64,000 nt of DNA from a virus. The DNA lies in UHGV virus genome UHGV-1351408. One strand, given 5' to 3'. Within the stretch, counting starts at the first letter, position 1. Every line of letters starts with the position of its first letter. The notes under the pieces are model-generated. The model saw only the letters and a program-made list of their open reading frames with translations, had not been told where the DNA came from and searched no databases. Made by a program: the position numbers and the translations under genes. Shown piece after piece: positions 8,326-17,286 of the stretch.

Positions 8326-10692
8326 TTAATCGTAAATTGTAGTCCCTTCTGGAACACACTTCACATCAAAGCCTAAGAACTTACTCACTTCGATAGGTGA
8401 CACTTTATTCCAATCTAAATGAGAAAGCAAGAAGTTTTCTTGTTTTCTTTTTGAAAGATAGTTTGTCACCTTAATAACCATACGGTCACCAGCTTTCTTA
8501 ATTTTATTGTACAGCTTTGTATCGTTGTCAAGGCATTCTTTCAAAGTTTGCAATCTACTAACAGTGTAAGTGTATGCAAACGGTGCAGCAACGTATTGGA
8601 TTTTACCAAACATTGCCTCTACAGCCTCTTCATTACCTTCTAGGAAGATAGTTTTGTTTGTATCCCGTGAATAGCAATAACCACGAGAAATCTTCCTGTT
8701 ATTGAATGTAAAGTTTCTGGCAATAATCCAGCTACTTGTAAGGTCAAGAACACCATTCATATAGATACGTGTCATATACCTGTTATGATTAATCCAATGA
8801 ACATCAGTTAAGCTGTCGTTCAAGAGCTTCTCATCTACTTCAATCCAGTCTTCTGGTATCTTTTTCCAATTTGCTTTTCGGAAAACATATACTGTCTTTC
8901 CAATGACATTGGCAACTGACTTAGCTACATCTTCTGGAGATGAGCAAAAACATTCGCCATCAACTGTGTCGCCTACTGCCTTAATATAAAGCTGAGGCTC
9001 TTCAATCGTATCTAAGTCTTCTGACACCTCTTTGTATGAAGCTACACCTTCTGCTGGAACAGCTTTCCAGAGTTTTACAACACCTCTTACAGCTTCTTTA
9101 CGCTGATAATGGTGTTCCTTATCAGACATCTTCACAATCTTTAACAAGCTTTTATCAAGTTTGTGTAGATTGATTAAGTCATCTAACTCTTTTTCAGTAG
9201 AGAATACAAAGACAATACCATTGTATCTGTGAAACAGACTTGACTCACTGGCATAGTCTCGACATGCACCACGCAAGATTTGGTTGCGTCCTACAGTCTT
9301 CTCAGTACCGTTTTTATTGCGACGGTCATTTATAACAAACAAAAACTGTTCAATTTGGCTTTTACGCATTGCGCCAAAGATATTGAACATGCTTGCCTCT
9401 TGAGTGTAGGAAAGTGCTGTTGCACGAATCTTACTCTCTAAAGAGTTGAACTTGACATAAGCAACTGGTTCATAAAGGTAATCTACTTTAGGTATGTTGT
9501 TCCCTTTGCTGTCAACCTTAATATTACCTTTACCATCACGTTCATAAATGACTGAACCGTCTTCTGCGTAGATAATTCCACGACGAATGTTTAGTAATTC
9601 TTCTTCCAGAGAATCAAGCTTAACACCACCCCACTCTAGCTTTGGACACACAGCATTAAACATCTCTCGTGAGTTCAAACGTAACTCAGCATAAGCCTGT
9701 GCAGCATCCATGAGTGTAGGTTGGTTATTAACACCCTTAATAACGTCCCTTGTGATTGCTTCAGTTATCTTTTTAGTAGCCTCGATGATAACATTTTTTG
9801 TCGTGTCATTCATCTGCAATGCTTCACGAGAAGCTGCAATAGCAACTGAACCAATAGGCATGTAGATGTTTACAAGGTCTACGCTCCTACGGAAAAATTC
9901 TGGCAAGACTTTGAAGAAATCATCGCCAAGTAACGCTTCCATGTTAACTGGATAGGCAATATTACCCATCACCACATTAAACTCTGTCCTGTTATCGCTA
10001 GAGCGCCAACTTAGCTTATGAATCATGGCATCATAAACACCCTCTTCACGAGCAATGACGTTCATATCTGCTAATACATCGTCGTACACAATATTACTTT
10101 CTGGTTTTACAGCAAAGTATGAGTATACATTACCAGCTTCTTCAAAGAACTTTGAGATACGATGGTCAGCAACTGCTACACGTACAGCTAAACCATTAGG
10201 TTCTTTTGTTGGGTTAGTGGTCAGCTTGGTTACTTGAGGGATACCATTCTCAAGATAAACAGAGTATTTATTAACAACACCATCAACGTAGCTAGATACT
10301 GTGAATGACTGAGCAATCGCAAACGGTGACTTTGAACCGATACCCATTGCACCAATGTAGTCATTAGAGTCATTCTTTGTAGAAGCCCCGTAGTTTAGGT
10401 ACAAACTCATAACTTTATCATGAGTTAATCCAGTTCCAAAATCACGAACTTCAAAGTAAGGCTCAAAACGAGTAGGTAAATGCACATGGAACGGGATGTT
10501 CTCTTTTCCAGCTTCTTTCTGAGCATCTACTGCGTTACATGACAGTTCACGAATAACTGCCCTTTCTTTAAATGTGTATACACCAGAACTCAAAAGGCTG
10601 AACATTTCAGGTGTCATTGTAATCTGTGCTTGAGACGTCTCTAAAGAAGTTGAACTCTTAATCACTTCTGCGTGGTCGTTTACCATGCGCAT
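8326..10692 (-). CDS. rIIA: rIIA-like protein with N-terminal GHKL-type ATPase domain
   Basis: GHKL motifs ELSCNAVDA (N box), VRDFGTGL (G1), GAMGIGSKSPF (G2); 788 aa; strong RBS AAGAGGAAA. Confidence 0.65.
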   Translation of the reverse strand: MRMVNDHAEVIKSSTSLETSQAQITMTPEMFSLLSSGVYTFKERAVIRELSCNAVDAQKEAGKENIPFHVHLPTRFEPYFEVRDFGTGLTHDKVMSLYLNYGASTKNDSNDYIGAMGIGSKSPFAIAQSFTVSSYVDGVVNKYSVYLENGIPQVTKLTTNPTKEPNGLAVRVAVADHRISKFFEEAGNVYSYFAVKPESNIVYDDVLADMNVIAREEGVYDAMIHKLSWRSSDNRTEFNVVMGNIAYPVNMEALLGDDFFKVLPEFFRRSVDLVNIYMPIGSVAIAASREALQMNDTTKNVIIEATKKITEAITRDVIKGVNNQPTLMDAAQAYAELRLNSREMFNAVCPKLEWGGVKLDSLEEELLNIRRGIIYAEDGSVIYERDGKGNIKVDSKGNNIPKVDYLYEPVAYVKFNSLESKIRATALSYTQEASMFNIFGAMRKSQIEQFLFVINDRRNKNGTEKTVGRNQILRGACRDYASESSLFHRYNGIVFVFSTEKELDDLINLHKLDKSLLKIVKMSDKEHHYQRKEAVRGVVKLWKAVPAEGVASYKEVSEDLDTIEEPQLYIKAVGDTVDGECFCSSPEDVAKSVANVIGKTVYVFRKANWKKIPEDWIEVDEKLLNDSLTDVHWINHNRYMTRIYMNGVLDLTSSWIIARNFTFNNRKISRGYCYSRDTNKTIFLEGNEEAVEAMFGKIQYVAAPFAYTYTVSRLQTLKECLDNDTKLYNKIKKAGDRMVIKVTNYLSKRKQENFLLSHLDWNKVSPIEVSKFLGFDVKCVPEGTTIYD

Positions 10693-10720
10693 AATACTTT
10701 CCTCTTAGTTTACTGTTAAA

Positions 10721-10897
10721 TTACTTATTAAACATTTTACCAGAACCACCACACATAGGGCAACAACCTGCTCTTGTATAACCTTCTCCATTACAGAAGT
10801 CACATTTTTTGTGCTCTGCATAGTACTTGCAAAGAAGGTAAACAAACACTGCTACACTACCAAGTGACAGTAAGATTTCTATCCAATATGCTTGCAT
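10721..10897 (-). CDS. Unlisted small membrane protein with two CxxCxGxG (DnaJ-type zinc-finger-like) motifs
   Basis: 58-aa ORF below the track cutoff: MQAYWIEILLSLGSVAVFVYLLCKYYAEHKKCDFCNGEGYTRAGCCPMCGGSGKMFNK; RBS GAGAGGTGA; hydrophobic N-terminal helix. Confidence 0.4.
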   Translation of the reverse strand: MQAYWIEILLSLGSVAVFVYLLCKYYAEHKKCDFCNGEGYTRAGCCPMCGGSGKMFNK

Positions 10898-11214
10898 GAC
10901 TCACCTCTCATATTCTTGTAAAGGATAAAGCTTCTATCATGGACGATACTTGTAGATACTGCAAAGTTACTTTCAAGCATCTGTTTGTTTGGATTGTAGA
11001 AGCTTTCTTTAAACTCGTCAAGAGCAAACTGGTGATGTTGTGGAAGACCTTTTACACAAACCTTTATTGTGATTGCTGCTGCAACCTTTCCAGTCAGTTC
11101 TTCTTTAGCTGCTACTAAAATTTTGTTGAGGAACTTATGACCATCTTCAGGCTTCTTGATGTTCTCCCAACGTTCTTCTAAGACAATGTTGATGTTCATT
11201 TCTTTGATTTTCAT
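10879..11214 (-). CDS. Hypothetical protein
   Basis: Track ORF begins at a TTG; first ATG at 11214 with GGTGA upstream. Confidence 0.45.
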   Translation of the reverse strand: MKIKEMNINIVLEERWENIKKPEDGHKFLNKILVAAKEELTGKVAAAITIKVCVKGLPQHHQFALDEFKESFYNPNKQMLESNFAVSTSIVHDRSFILYKNMRGESCKHIG

Positions 11215-11219
11215 AATTT

Positions 11220-11564
11220 TCACCAAGTCCAGTTAACGAGTATACCATCAAAACCTTTTGCTAAAGGTACACCCTCATGCTCATAAAATTCAGGATTAAC
11301 TTCGAATCCACGATTTTCAATATACTCTATCATGTATTTCATTACAAAGCTAATCTCTTCGTAGTCCTCTGGGTCTCTGCCAAAGAACTGTTCTATGACA
11401 AACATACCTTCTTTTGTAGCAAATTGGCAGTGGTGATTGTAGATACCTTCACAAAACTTTTCAAACTTTTCTTTACCGAGAACTTCAAGGATGTCTGTAT
11501 AGGCAACTTGTAAGTATTTCGGTTGTACAGGTTTCTTGTTAAACCATATGGAAAGGTTGTCCAT
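11220..11564 (-). CDS. Hypothetical protein (114 aa)
   Basis: ATG with GGAGA upstream. Confidence 0.5.
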   Translation of the reverse strand: MDNLSIWFNKKPVQPKYLQVAYTDILEVLGKEKFEKFCEGIYNHHCQFATKEGMFVIEQFFGRDPEDYEEISFVMKYMIEYIENRGFEVNPEFYEHEGVPLAKGFDGILVNWTW

Positions 11565-11582
11565 AGCATTCTCCAGAAATTA

Positions 11583-11610
11583 AAAAGGCTCCCGTAGGAG
11601 CCTCTTATCA
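11583..11610 (-). terminator. Intrinsic terminator after the NAMPT gene
   Basis: GGCUCC-UACG-GGAGCC hairpin followed by UUUUUAAUUU on the minus-strand transcript. Confidence 0.65.
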
Positions 11611-11617
11611 TATACTT

Positions 11618-13399
11618 TTAAAGCTGCTTGTCAATATTATTTCGAATATCACCAAGAGATGTGTAACCATACTGCTCAGAATCACTAAAGACTAAGCGTA
11701 GAGCACAAGCTGGATGTTCAAGTGCATCTGCAAAGCTTTTGAATCCATAGCCATCTACAGCTTTCAGTTTATCACCATCCCACATAGGTGCTACACCACC
11801 AAAAGCAGACTTCTTAACACCACTATCTGTTTTAGGGTCTTTTGCAAGCATAATCTCTTTACCACCAATGCTTGCAAGAGTTGCTTTAACAGCAAATGCA
11901 AAGGTGTCACGAGTCATGTACTGGTAAGTGTAGGAGCCTACGCCAAACACTACGTTAGAGCTTGCAAAACCCATTTCATACATACGCTTCAGGATTTCGT
12001 TTGCACGTTCCAGTGTGATAGAGTCACCATAGATAAGGCCAATGTGCTCATCCAGTACCTTAAAACCTTTGGAGTTGATAGTCCCTCCGAAGATGTTATA
12101 CAGAGTCTTAATAGCTCCATCAATCTCTGCTACAGGGCGTGTTACAACGTTTGCAGAACCAACCATATAAGCATTTTTCAACATCACTGTATCAGCAACT
12201 TCAAAATCTTCTCTGTCAACAACCATTTCGTAGCCTTCTGACAGTAGCCATCCAGCAATACCATAGCTGATGTTTTCAAGCTTCATATTCATAACAGCAT
12301 TCAACATTGTGTCGCTGGCTTCAAGCTTACTAAGGTGCTCATAATAAGCCTTTTTAGCGCACTCTAAGTGGATTGCTTTATAACCTGTGACAATATGTAC
12401 AGGGTCTCCAGAGTCAGGACGAATTACCAGTTTACCGTCACGTTCCATAATCTCTTTGCGAAGTGCTGGTAAGATTTCTGACACAGTTCTCCAGAAGTTA
12501 TAAGTATCTGAAACAACACTTGCAATACCAGTCGGGTAAGTCTCTGTTAAGAAACGACGGAAGGTCTGCAACTCACCTTTAAAGCGTCTTTCCTCTTCAA
12601 TCAATTCATTACCACCTTCCCAAGCAATGTTTGCACACATTACAGAGTGTTCAGTGGCTGGTACAGAACCACCAATATCAGAGACTTGGTAAGACTGTCC
12701 GTAGATGCGTTTAGCTGTATATACAGCAGGGAAGCTATCAGTCCCTTTAAAGCTGGTCAAGTGACCTACAGCATTAAATGCGTCATCAGTAAAGCCTGAC
12801 ATACCACGCATAGCAAAGTCATGGCACTGATAGGGTAAATGTAAGTCATTGTCACAAGTAAGGTCAGCCCACTTCTTACAGATGCGTTTGTAGTGCAATG
12901 CAATAGTTGCAATGGTACAAGCCTTCCAAATCTCAGCAGAGAAAGCATCTTCCAGATAACCTGCTACCCAATGAAAACCTGAAACAGTGTTCTGGAAGAC
13001 AATCATTGGGACACGCATAGGGACAACTGTGCCTTCTTCTACAGCGTATACTTCAACTGGCAGATAACCTAAGTCGTGAAGTGCTTCCCAATGTTCTCGA
13101 CCAATAGCATCTTTACCCAGAACACCGTTCATGACTTCTAAGATTTCGTCAATTGCTTCTTTTTTGTCACGTTCAAAGAAAGTGGCATTCCAATGGTCTA
13201 TCAAGTAATCTTTAACAAAACGTTGAATACCAAAAGCTACTACACCGTCAATTGCTAAGGGGCTGTTAAACCATTTGTCGCTACGTGGTGTCAGGTTGAA
13301 CATCAAGTACTCTGTTGCGCTAGGATACTGGTAAACATGACCAGATTTGTAAGCATCTGCATTTAAACCTGCTGGTACTGCGTAAAGTGATTTAGTCAT
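11618..13399 (-). CDS. nadV: Nicotinamide phosphoribosyltransferase (NAMPT/NadV family; Namat-like)
   Basis: 593-aa protein of NAMPT size and overall character, paired directly downstream of a Prs-like gene as in known phage NAMPT modules; no individual motif was checked. Confidence 0.8.
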   Translation of the reverse strand: MTKSLYAVPAGLNADAYKSGHVYQYPSATEYLMFNLTPRSDKWFNSPLAIDGVVAFGIQRFVKDYLIDHWNATFFERDKKEAIDEILEVMNGVLGKDAIGREHWEALHDLGYLPVEVYAVEEGTVVPMRVPMIVFQNTVSGFHWVAGYLEDAFSAEIWKACTIATIALHYKRICKKWADLTCDNDLHLPYQCHDFAMRGMSGFTDDAFNAVGHLTSFKGTDSFPAVYTAKRIYGQSYQVSDIGGSVPATEHSVMCANIAWEGGNELIEEERRFKGELQTFRRFLTETYPTGIASVVSDTYNFWRTVSEILPALRKEIMERDGKLVIRPDSGDPVHIVTGYKAIHLECAKKAYYEHLSKLEASDTMLNAVMNMKLENISYGIAGWLLSEGYEMVVDREDFEVADTVMLKNAYMVGSANVVTRPVAEIDGAIKTLYNIFGGTINSKGFKVLDEHIGLIYGDSITLERANEILKRMYEMGFASSNVVFGVGSYTYQYMTRDTFAFAVKATLASIGGKEIMLAKDPKTDSGVKKSAFGGVAPMWDGDKLKAVDGYGFKSFADALEHPACALRLVFSDSEQYGYTSLGDIRNNIDKQL

Positions 13400-13444
13400 C
13401 TTTTAGTCTCTCTCAAAATGGGGCTATGAAGCCCCTATAAAGTT

Positions 13445-14326
13445 TTAATCAAGGTTTGCTACAGTAACTTGACCATAATGTGTTAACCCACGGTCTTTAG
13501 CTTCCCCTAAAGAGTTTGTAGTGTAGATATGGTCAATACCATTGTCAAGTAAGTTTTCAACACCTTTAGAGAAGATACCATGTGTTACATAGAGTTCCAC
13601 ACGTTTTGCACCTGCTTCACGAAGATGTTTAGCTGCCTCTATGAAGGTTCGGCCTCCATCACAAATATCATCAAGAATCATGACGGTTTTATCTGTCAAA
13701 TCAACATCATCAAGGATTCGCATACCAGTAATTTCACCAGTCTTAAGGTTACGCACTTTAGACATTGTGATATATGGTTTATCCACCTCTTTAGCAGTTT
13801 CTGCAATCTTCTTAGAAGCACCTGCATCTGGGGCTACTAAGTAATCAACCAGTGGGTCATTTGCATAGTGGACTGCAATTTCCTTTTGAGGAATACTCTG
13901 GAAGCAGTTAAACAGGTTATCTGGCACATAACTATGAGGGTCAACTGCACAGACTGCACCAAATCCCATTGCATTAACCTGTTTAGCAAAAACCTTTAAA
14001 GCTGCTGCATCACCTTTAAACATGTGACGGTCATATCGTGCATTTGGTAAGTAGTAGAAGATGACAGTCTTTAAAGCATAGTCGTGAGGAATTAAATTAT
14101 CAATTGCTTCTTTAGCAAGTGCCACAGCAAACAATGTGTCCTTATCATAACCTTTTACAATCATAATCACATTGTTGATGGATGATGCTGCATAAGCAGT
14201 AAAATCAACAAACTCTGGTGAAAAGTGCCCACCAATCTCACCAGAAGGGAATTGGATGATATTAAACTCTTCTTCATGAGTTCCTTTAGTTGGTGAATGG
14301 GCTATAACACGGATAGATGTTTTCAT
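13445..14326 (-). CDS. prs: Ribose-phosphate pyrophosphokinase (PRPP synthetase)-like protein; possibly an ADP-ribose pyrophosphokinase (Adps-like)
   Basis: PRPP-binding loop VMILDDICDGGRTF; track ORF begins at a TTG, first ATG at 14326 with GAGAGAG upstream; immediately upstream of NAMPT. Confidence 0.7.
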   Translation of the reverse strand: MKTSIRVIAHSPTKGTHEEEFNIIQFPSGEIGGHFSPEFVDFTAYAASSINNVIMIVKGYDKDTLFAVALAKEAIDNLIPHDYALKTVIFYYLPNARYDRHMFKGDAAALKVFAKQVNAMGFGAVCAVDPHSYVPDNLFNCFQSIPQKEIAVHYANDPLVDYLVAPDAGASKKIAETAKEVDKPYITMSKVRNLKTGEITGMRILDDVDLTDKTVMILDDICDGGRTFIEAAKHLREAGAKRVELYVTHGIFSKGVENLLDNGIDHIYTTNSLGEAKDRGLTHYGQVTVANLD

Positions 14327-14337
14327 AGTTTTCTCTC

Positions 14338-14616
14338 TCAATCAAAAGTTACGTTTGTTACTGCCATTGCAGATTTGCATTTTGCAGGGTCTACAATGTG
14401 ATAAAGTACACTACAGTTGCCTGTGCTGTCTGGTACAGGTTTAACCCATTGTTGCTTGACAGTTGGTTCTCCTAAGTCTTTGTAAGAACCATCTGTAAAA
14501 TTGTTTATCATCTCAAGTGCAATTGGTTCTGGAACATGACCTCGTATCATGTACATCTCACAACCATTACCCCCTTCGCTAACTAATGGTAAAATCTCCC
14601 ACTTTTCTTTAGCCAT
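14338..14616 (-). CDS. Hypothetical protein (92 aa)
   Basis: ORF with ATG start. Confidence 0.4.
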   Translation of the reverse strand: MAKEKWEILPLVSEGGNGCEMYMIRGHVPEPIALEMINNFTDGSYKDLGEPTVKQQWVKPVPDSTGNCSVLYHIVDPAKCKSAMAVTNVTFD

Positions 14617-15124
14617 TATAAGTTGCCCTATAAACTGTCTCGAACTTCAACAGGAGAGATATTGCCAAATCTGTATAGTTGTTGTCAAGCACATCTGGCA
14701 TATTATTTTTGATATATTTCTCTTGCTCTTCATAGGTCATCTTAGGTGTGCTTAGAAGGCTATCTCCTTGCTTCTGGTTGTCAAGTTTAGTCTGGATAAA
14801 CCAGTTTGCACAGTGATGTTCACCACCTTTTGTAACAGGTTTGTGGTGACCTAATGTGAAGGATTGGCTACCTGTGTATCTACAAAGCTTATTGAGCACT
14901 GCAATGGTGTTCTTCACAACAAGACACTCATACAGGTTATCTATGGTGTAATGTGGGTAATAGTGGAATAGTGCTCTTTCACGAGTACTATCACGATTCC
15001 AGAGAATCATGTGATTGGAGTTAGAAGGGTCGTATTGGTGGGAGTCAATGAACTCTTGACGTTCCTCAAAGCTGAGTCTTAGAACTGACATTGCAGCCGA
15101 ACGTTTCAGGTTTGACAGATACAT
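14609..15124 (-). CDS. HNH homing endonuclease-like protein
   Basis: HNH core GHHKPVTKGGEHHCANW; free-standing, next to the nucleotide-metabolism genes. Confidence 0.5.
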   Translation of the reverse strand: MYLSNLKRSAAMSVLRLSFEERQEFIDSHQYDPSNSNHMILWNRDSTRERALFHYYPHYTIDNLYECLVVKNTIAVLNKLCRYTGSQSFTLGHHKPVTKGGEHHCANWFIQTKLDNQKQGDSLLSTPKMTYEEQEKYIKNNMPDVLDNNYTDLAISLLLKFETVYRATYNG

Positions 15125-15134
15125 GTTGTCTCCA

Positions 15135-15165
15135 AAATAAAAAGGGAACCTTTACAGTTCCCTTA
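15135..15165 (-). terminator. Intrinsic terminator
   Basis: GGGAAC-loop-GUUCCC hairpin followed by UUUUUAUUUU on the minus-strand transcript. Confidence 0.65.
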
Positions 15166-15175
15166 TAGTATCTGT

Positions 15176-15496
15176 TTACTGAGCTACTTTCAAGATGCTT
15201 GTGAATGAAATCTCGCTCTCATCCATAAATTCTTTTGCTTCTCCAGTAACTTTTACAAAGTTATCTAGGCAGATAATTTTCTTATCTTTCTTGCTGTAGG
15301 TTAGCTTAACCTTTTCAATATCTTTCTTAGAGCTTTCCTCTTCATTAAAGAGTTTTACAGCTTCTTTGAATGGTAGATATGAGCCGTCATTATCGCTAAT
15401 GAATCCTGTACCACAATAGTAGTAGTTATACTCTTTAGCCATAAACTGGCACAGTACGAAAATCTGTAATTTACGAGTGTTATAAACTTTGCTCAT
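15176..15496 (-). CDS. Hypothetical protein (106 aa)
   Basis: ORF with ATG start. Confidence 0.5.
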   Translation of the reverse strand: MSKVYNTRKLQIFVLCQFMAKEYNYYYCGTGFISDNDGSYLPFKEAVKLFNEEESSKKDIEKVKLTYSKKDKKIICLDNFVKVTGEAKEFMDESEISFTSILKVAQ

Positions 15497-15498
15497 GA

Positions 15499-15765
15499 TT
15501 ATTTAGCCTTCTTGTTACGTTTACGGTTACGAGCTTTCTTAGCTGCTCGTTTAATAGCTGCTGCACCAGACTGGCGGTGTGCTTGTTTCTTACCACCTTT
15601 ACCACGTCCAACGTAGATGTAAGGCTGCTGTTCAATTTGGCTTGTAAGAACCTGTGCAACCGCTGAAGCATCTACACCGACCTGCTTTCCAGCCATAGAA
15701 ACAATTGCTGCTGCTTTTGCCAGCGCCTTCAAGAATCCAGCTTTCATATTACATAAAATTCCCAT
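15499..15765 (-). CDS. Small highly basic protein, possibly nucleic-acid binding
   Basis: C-terminus KRAAKKARNRKRNKKAK; the overlapping alternate-frame ORF 15480..15671 was not taken. Confidence 0.4.
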   Translation of the reverse strand: MGILCNMKAGFLKALAKAAAIVSMAGKQVGVDASAVAQVLTSQIEQQPYIYVGRGKGGKKQAHRQSGAAAIKRAAKKARNRKRNKKAK

Positions 15766-15780
15766 TTTTAGTCTCTCTCA

Positions 15781-16134
15781 TTAAAGTTTAATACAGAACT
15801 TATGAAGTTCTTCTTCAGTGATACCTATTGGAGTGATACCTTCTCTGATATTTTGAATCCTGTAGAAGTCTCCAAACTTGTCTGATTCATGAATGACAAA
15901 CGTGACATTCTTTACAATCGTTGCAAGAGCACATAATGAACGTGAACCAAATTTTTCTCTCGTATAAATCATCCAAGCATCTAACTTGTTGATGTCGTAA
16001 GTCCACTTACCAGAATAATCATTCTGCTCGCCATTGACAATCACCTTGCCATCCATACTCTTTTCTCCACAAATTTTGGTTGTCTGAACCACGATATGGT
16101 TTAACTGTTGGTTTAGAAGAATCATACTTACCAT
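15781..16134 (-). CDS. Hypothetical protein
   Basis: ORF overlapping the 3' end of nrdG in another frame; start uncertain (ATG at 16134 or 16125). Confidence 0.3.
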   Translation of the reverse strand: MVSMILLNQQLNHIVVQTTKICGEKSMDGKVIVNGEQNDYSGKWTYDINKLDAWMIYTREKFGSRSLCALATIVKNVTFVIHESDKFGDFYRIQNIREGITPIGITEEELHKFCIKL

Positions 16135-16504
16135 CAATCACCACGTCAACATATTTCATCACATCTAGATGAATTTTTTCGTGTAACTGAAAACCTGTCC
16201 AGAGCCAGATAGATTTTTCTGGGTAAACAGTTTTAATACGTTTACATATGTTGGTGACTTCTTGAATGTTTCTGTCATCAAGAGGCTCTCCACCAAGTAT
16301 TGACAACCCACTGATGGCCTCATCATCCATTAATTTAATGATGCCGTAGAGGTTTGCATAAGTAAACTCTTTACCAGCATTAAACTTCCAAGACTCCCTG
16401 TTAAAGCAGCCTTCACAGTGATGTTTACAGCCAGCTACGAAGAGGCTTATCCGAACCCCTTCACCATTAGCTGTGTCAAATGGTCGAATCTCCATGTAAT
16501 TCAT
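16019..16504 (-). CDS. nrdG: Anaerobic ribonucleotide reductase activating protein (radical SAM)
   Basis: Radical-SAM cysteine cluster CKHHCEGC near the N-terminus; ~160 aa; next to nrdD. Confidence 0.8.
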   Translation of the reverse strand: MNYMEIRPFDTANGEGVRISLFVAGCKHHCEGCFNRESWKFNAGKEFTYANLYGIIKLMDDEAISGLSILGGEPLDDRNIQEVTNICKRIKTVYPEKSIWLWTGFQLHEKIHLDVMKYVDVVIDGKYDSSKPTVKPYRGSDNQNLWRKEYGWQGDCQWRAE

Positions 16505-16539
16505 CTCGTTACCTCACCAATATTATTTAATTGTTTTAC

Positions 16540-16935
16540 TCATTCAAACACTACCTGACAAGGAACTTGTTTAGTAATAAATTCTTCACAGTGTTCTTTA
16601 ATGAAGTTTTGTAATGGCACACAGTCTTGTGCACACGTCATTAGCATAATGTACTCTGGATTCATAATATTTTCAATGGTGTAGAAGACAACATTGTCAA
16701 ATAATTCATGACCGTCTTCTTCAGACCAAGTTCCAGTGACTATAGCTAATTTGTCAAGCAATTCATTAGGCAACGCTACACCATCTTCTACGGAATCACT
16801 TAGAACGTTGTCACCTATGTACAATGTGAAGACCGTATGGAATGTTGAGTATCTTACGTGATTCTTTTCGCAAGAGCCACACTCTGAGGCGTAATCTTTA
16901 ATCCACTCTAACTGTTTTTTGTTCAACTTAATCAT
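16540..16935 (-). CDS. Hypothetical protein (131 aa)
   Basis: ATG start; CxxC pair (ECGSCE). Confidence 0.45.
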   Translation of the reverse strand: MIKLNKKQLEWIKDYASECGSCEKNHVRYSTFHTVFTLYIGDNVLSDSVEDGVALPNELLDKLAIVTGTWSEEDGHELFDNVVFYTIENIMNPEYIMLMTCAQDCVPLQNFIKEHCEEFITKQVPCQVVFE

Positions 16936-17132
16936 AATTTCACCTTAGTTGGTAATGCACTGAATGCTATAGCTAACCCTAAAAATGGTTTGAAGCATGA
17001 CCATAAATCCATCTGACCATGATATGCGAAACTCCATTGTGGGTCTGAAAAACCCCATACCATAACACTAACTCCAAAAAAGAAAATTAGAATGTGAAGT
17101 ATGTATATCAACGTTTTTGATATTTTAAACAT
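16932..17132 (-). CDS. Small membrane protein (66 aa)
   Basis: Two hydrophobic segments; ATGA start/stop overlap with the downstream gene. Confidence 0.4.
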   Translation of the reverse strand: MFKISKTLIYILHILIFFFGVSVMVWGFSDPQWSFAYHGQMDLWSCFKPFLGLAIAFSALPTKVKL

Positions 17133-17286
17133 TTTAACTTATCTCTCAACTCACAATAAGAGAGTCCTAAAAAGAACCCCAGTAAGACAGAACCTATGAA
17201 CAGGCCAATGATGCTCTCTGCCATATCTAACATCCAATAAAAAAGGTGATGTAAGCCTATCAAGACTCACACCACCTTGTCAAGTT

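Noticed and set aside
11714-12241. 175-aa plus-strand ORF
   Set aside because: Antisense to the NAMPT gene; low-complexity Cys/Phe-rich translation; shadow ORF.
15480-15671. 63-aa minus-strand ORF
   Set aside because: Alternate frame overlapping the basic-protein ORF 15499..15765; the latter has the better start context.
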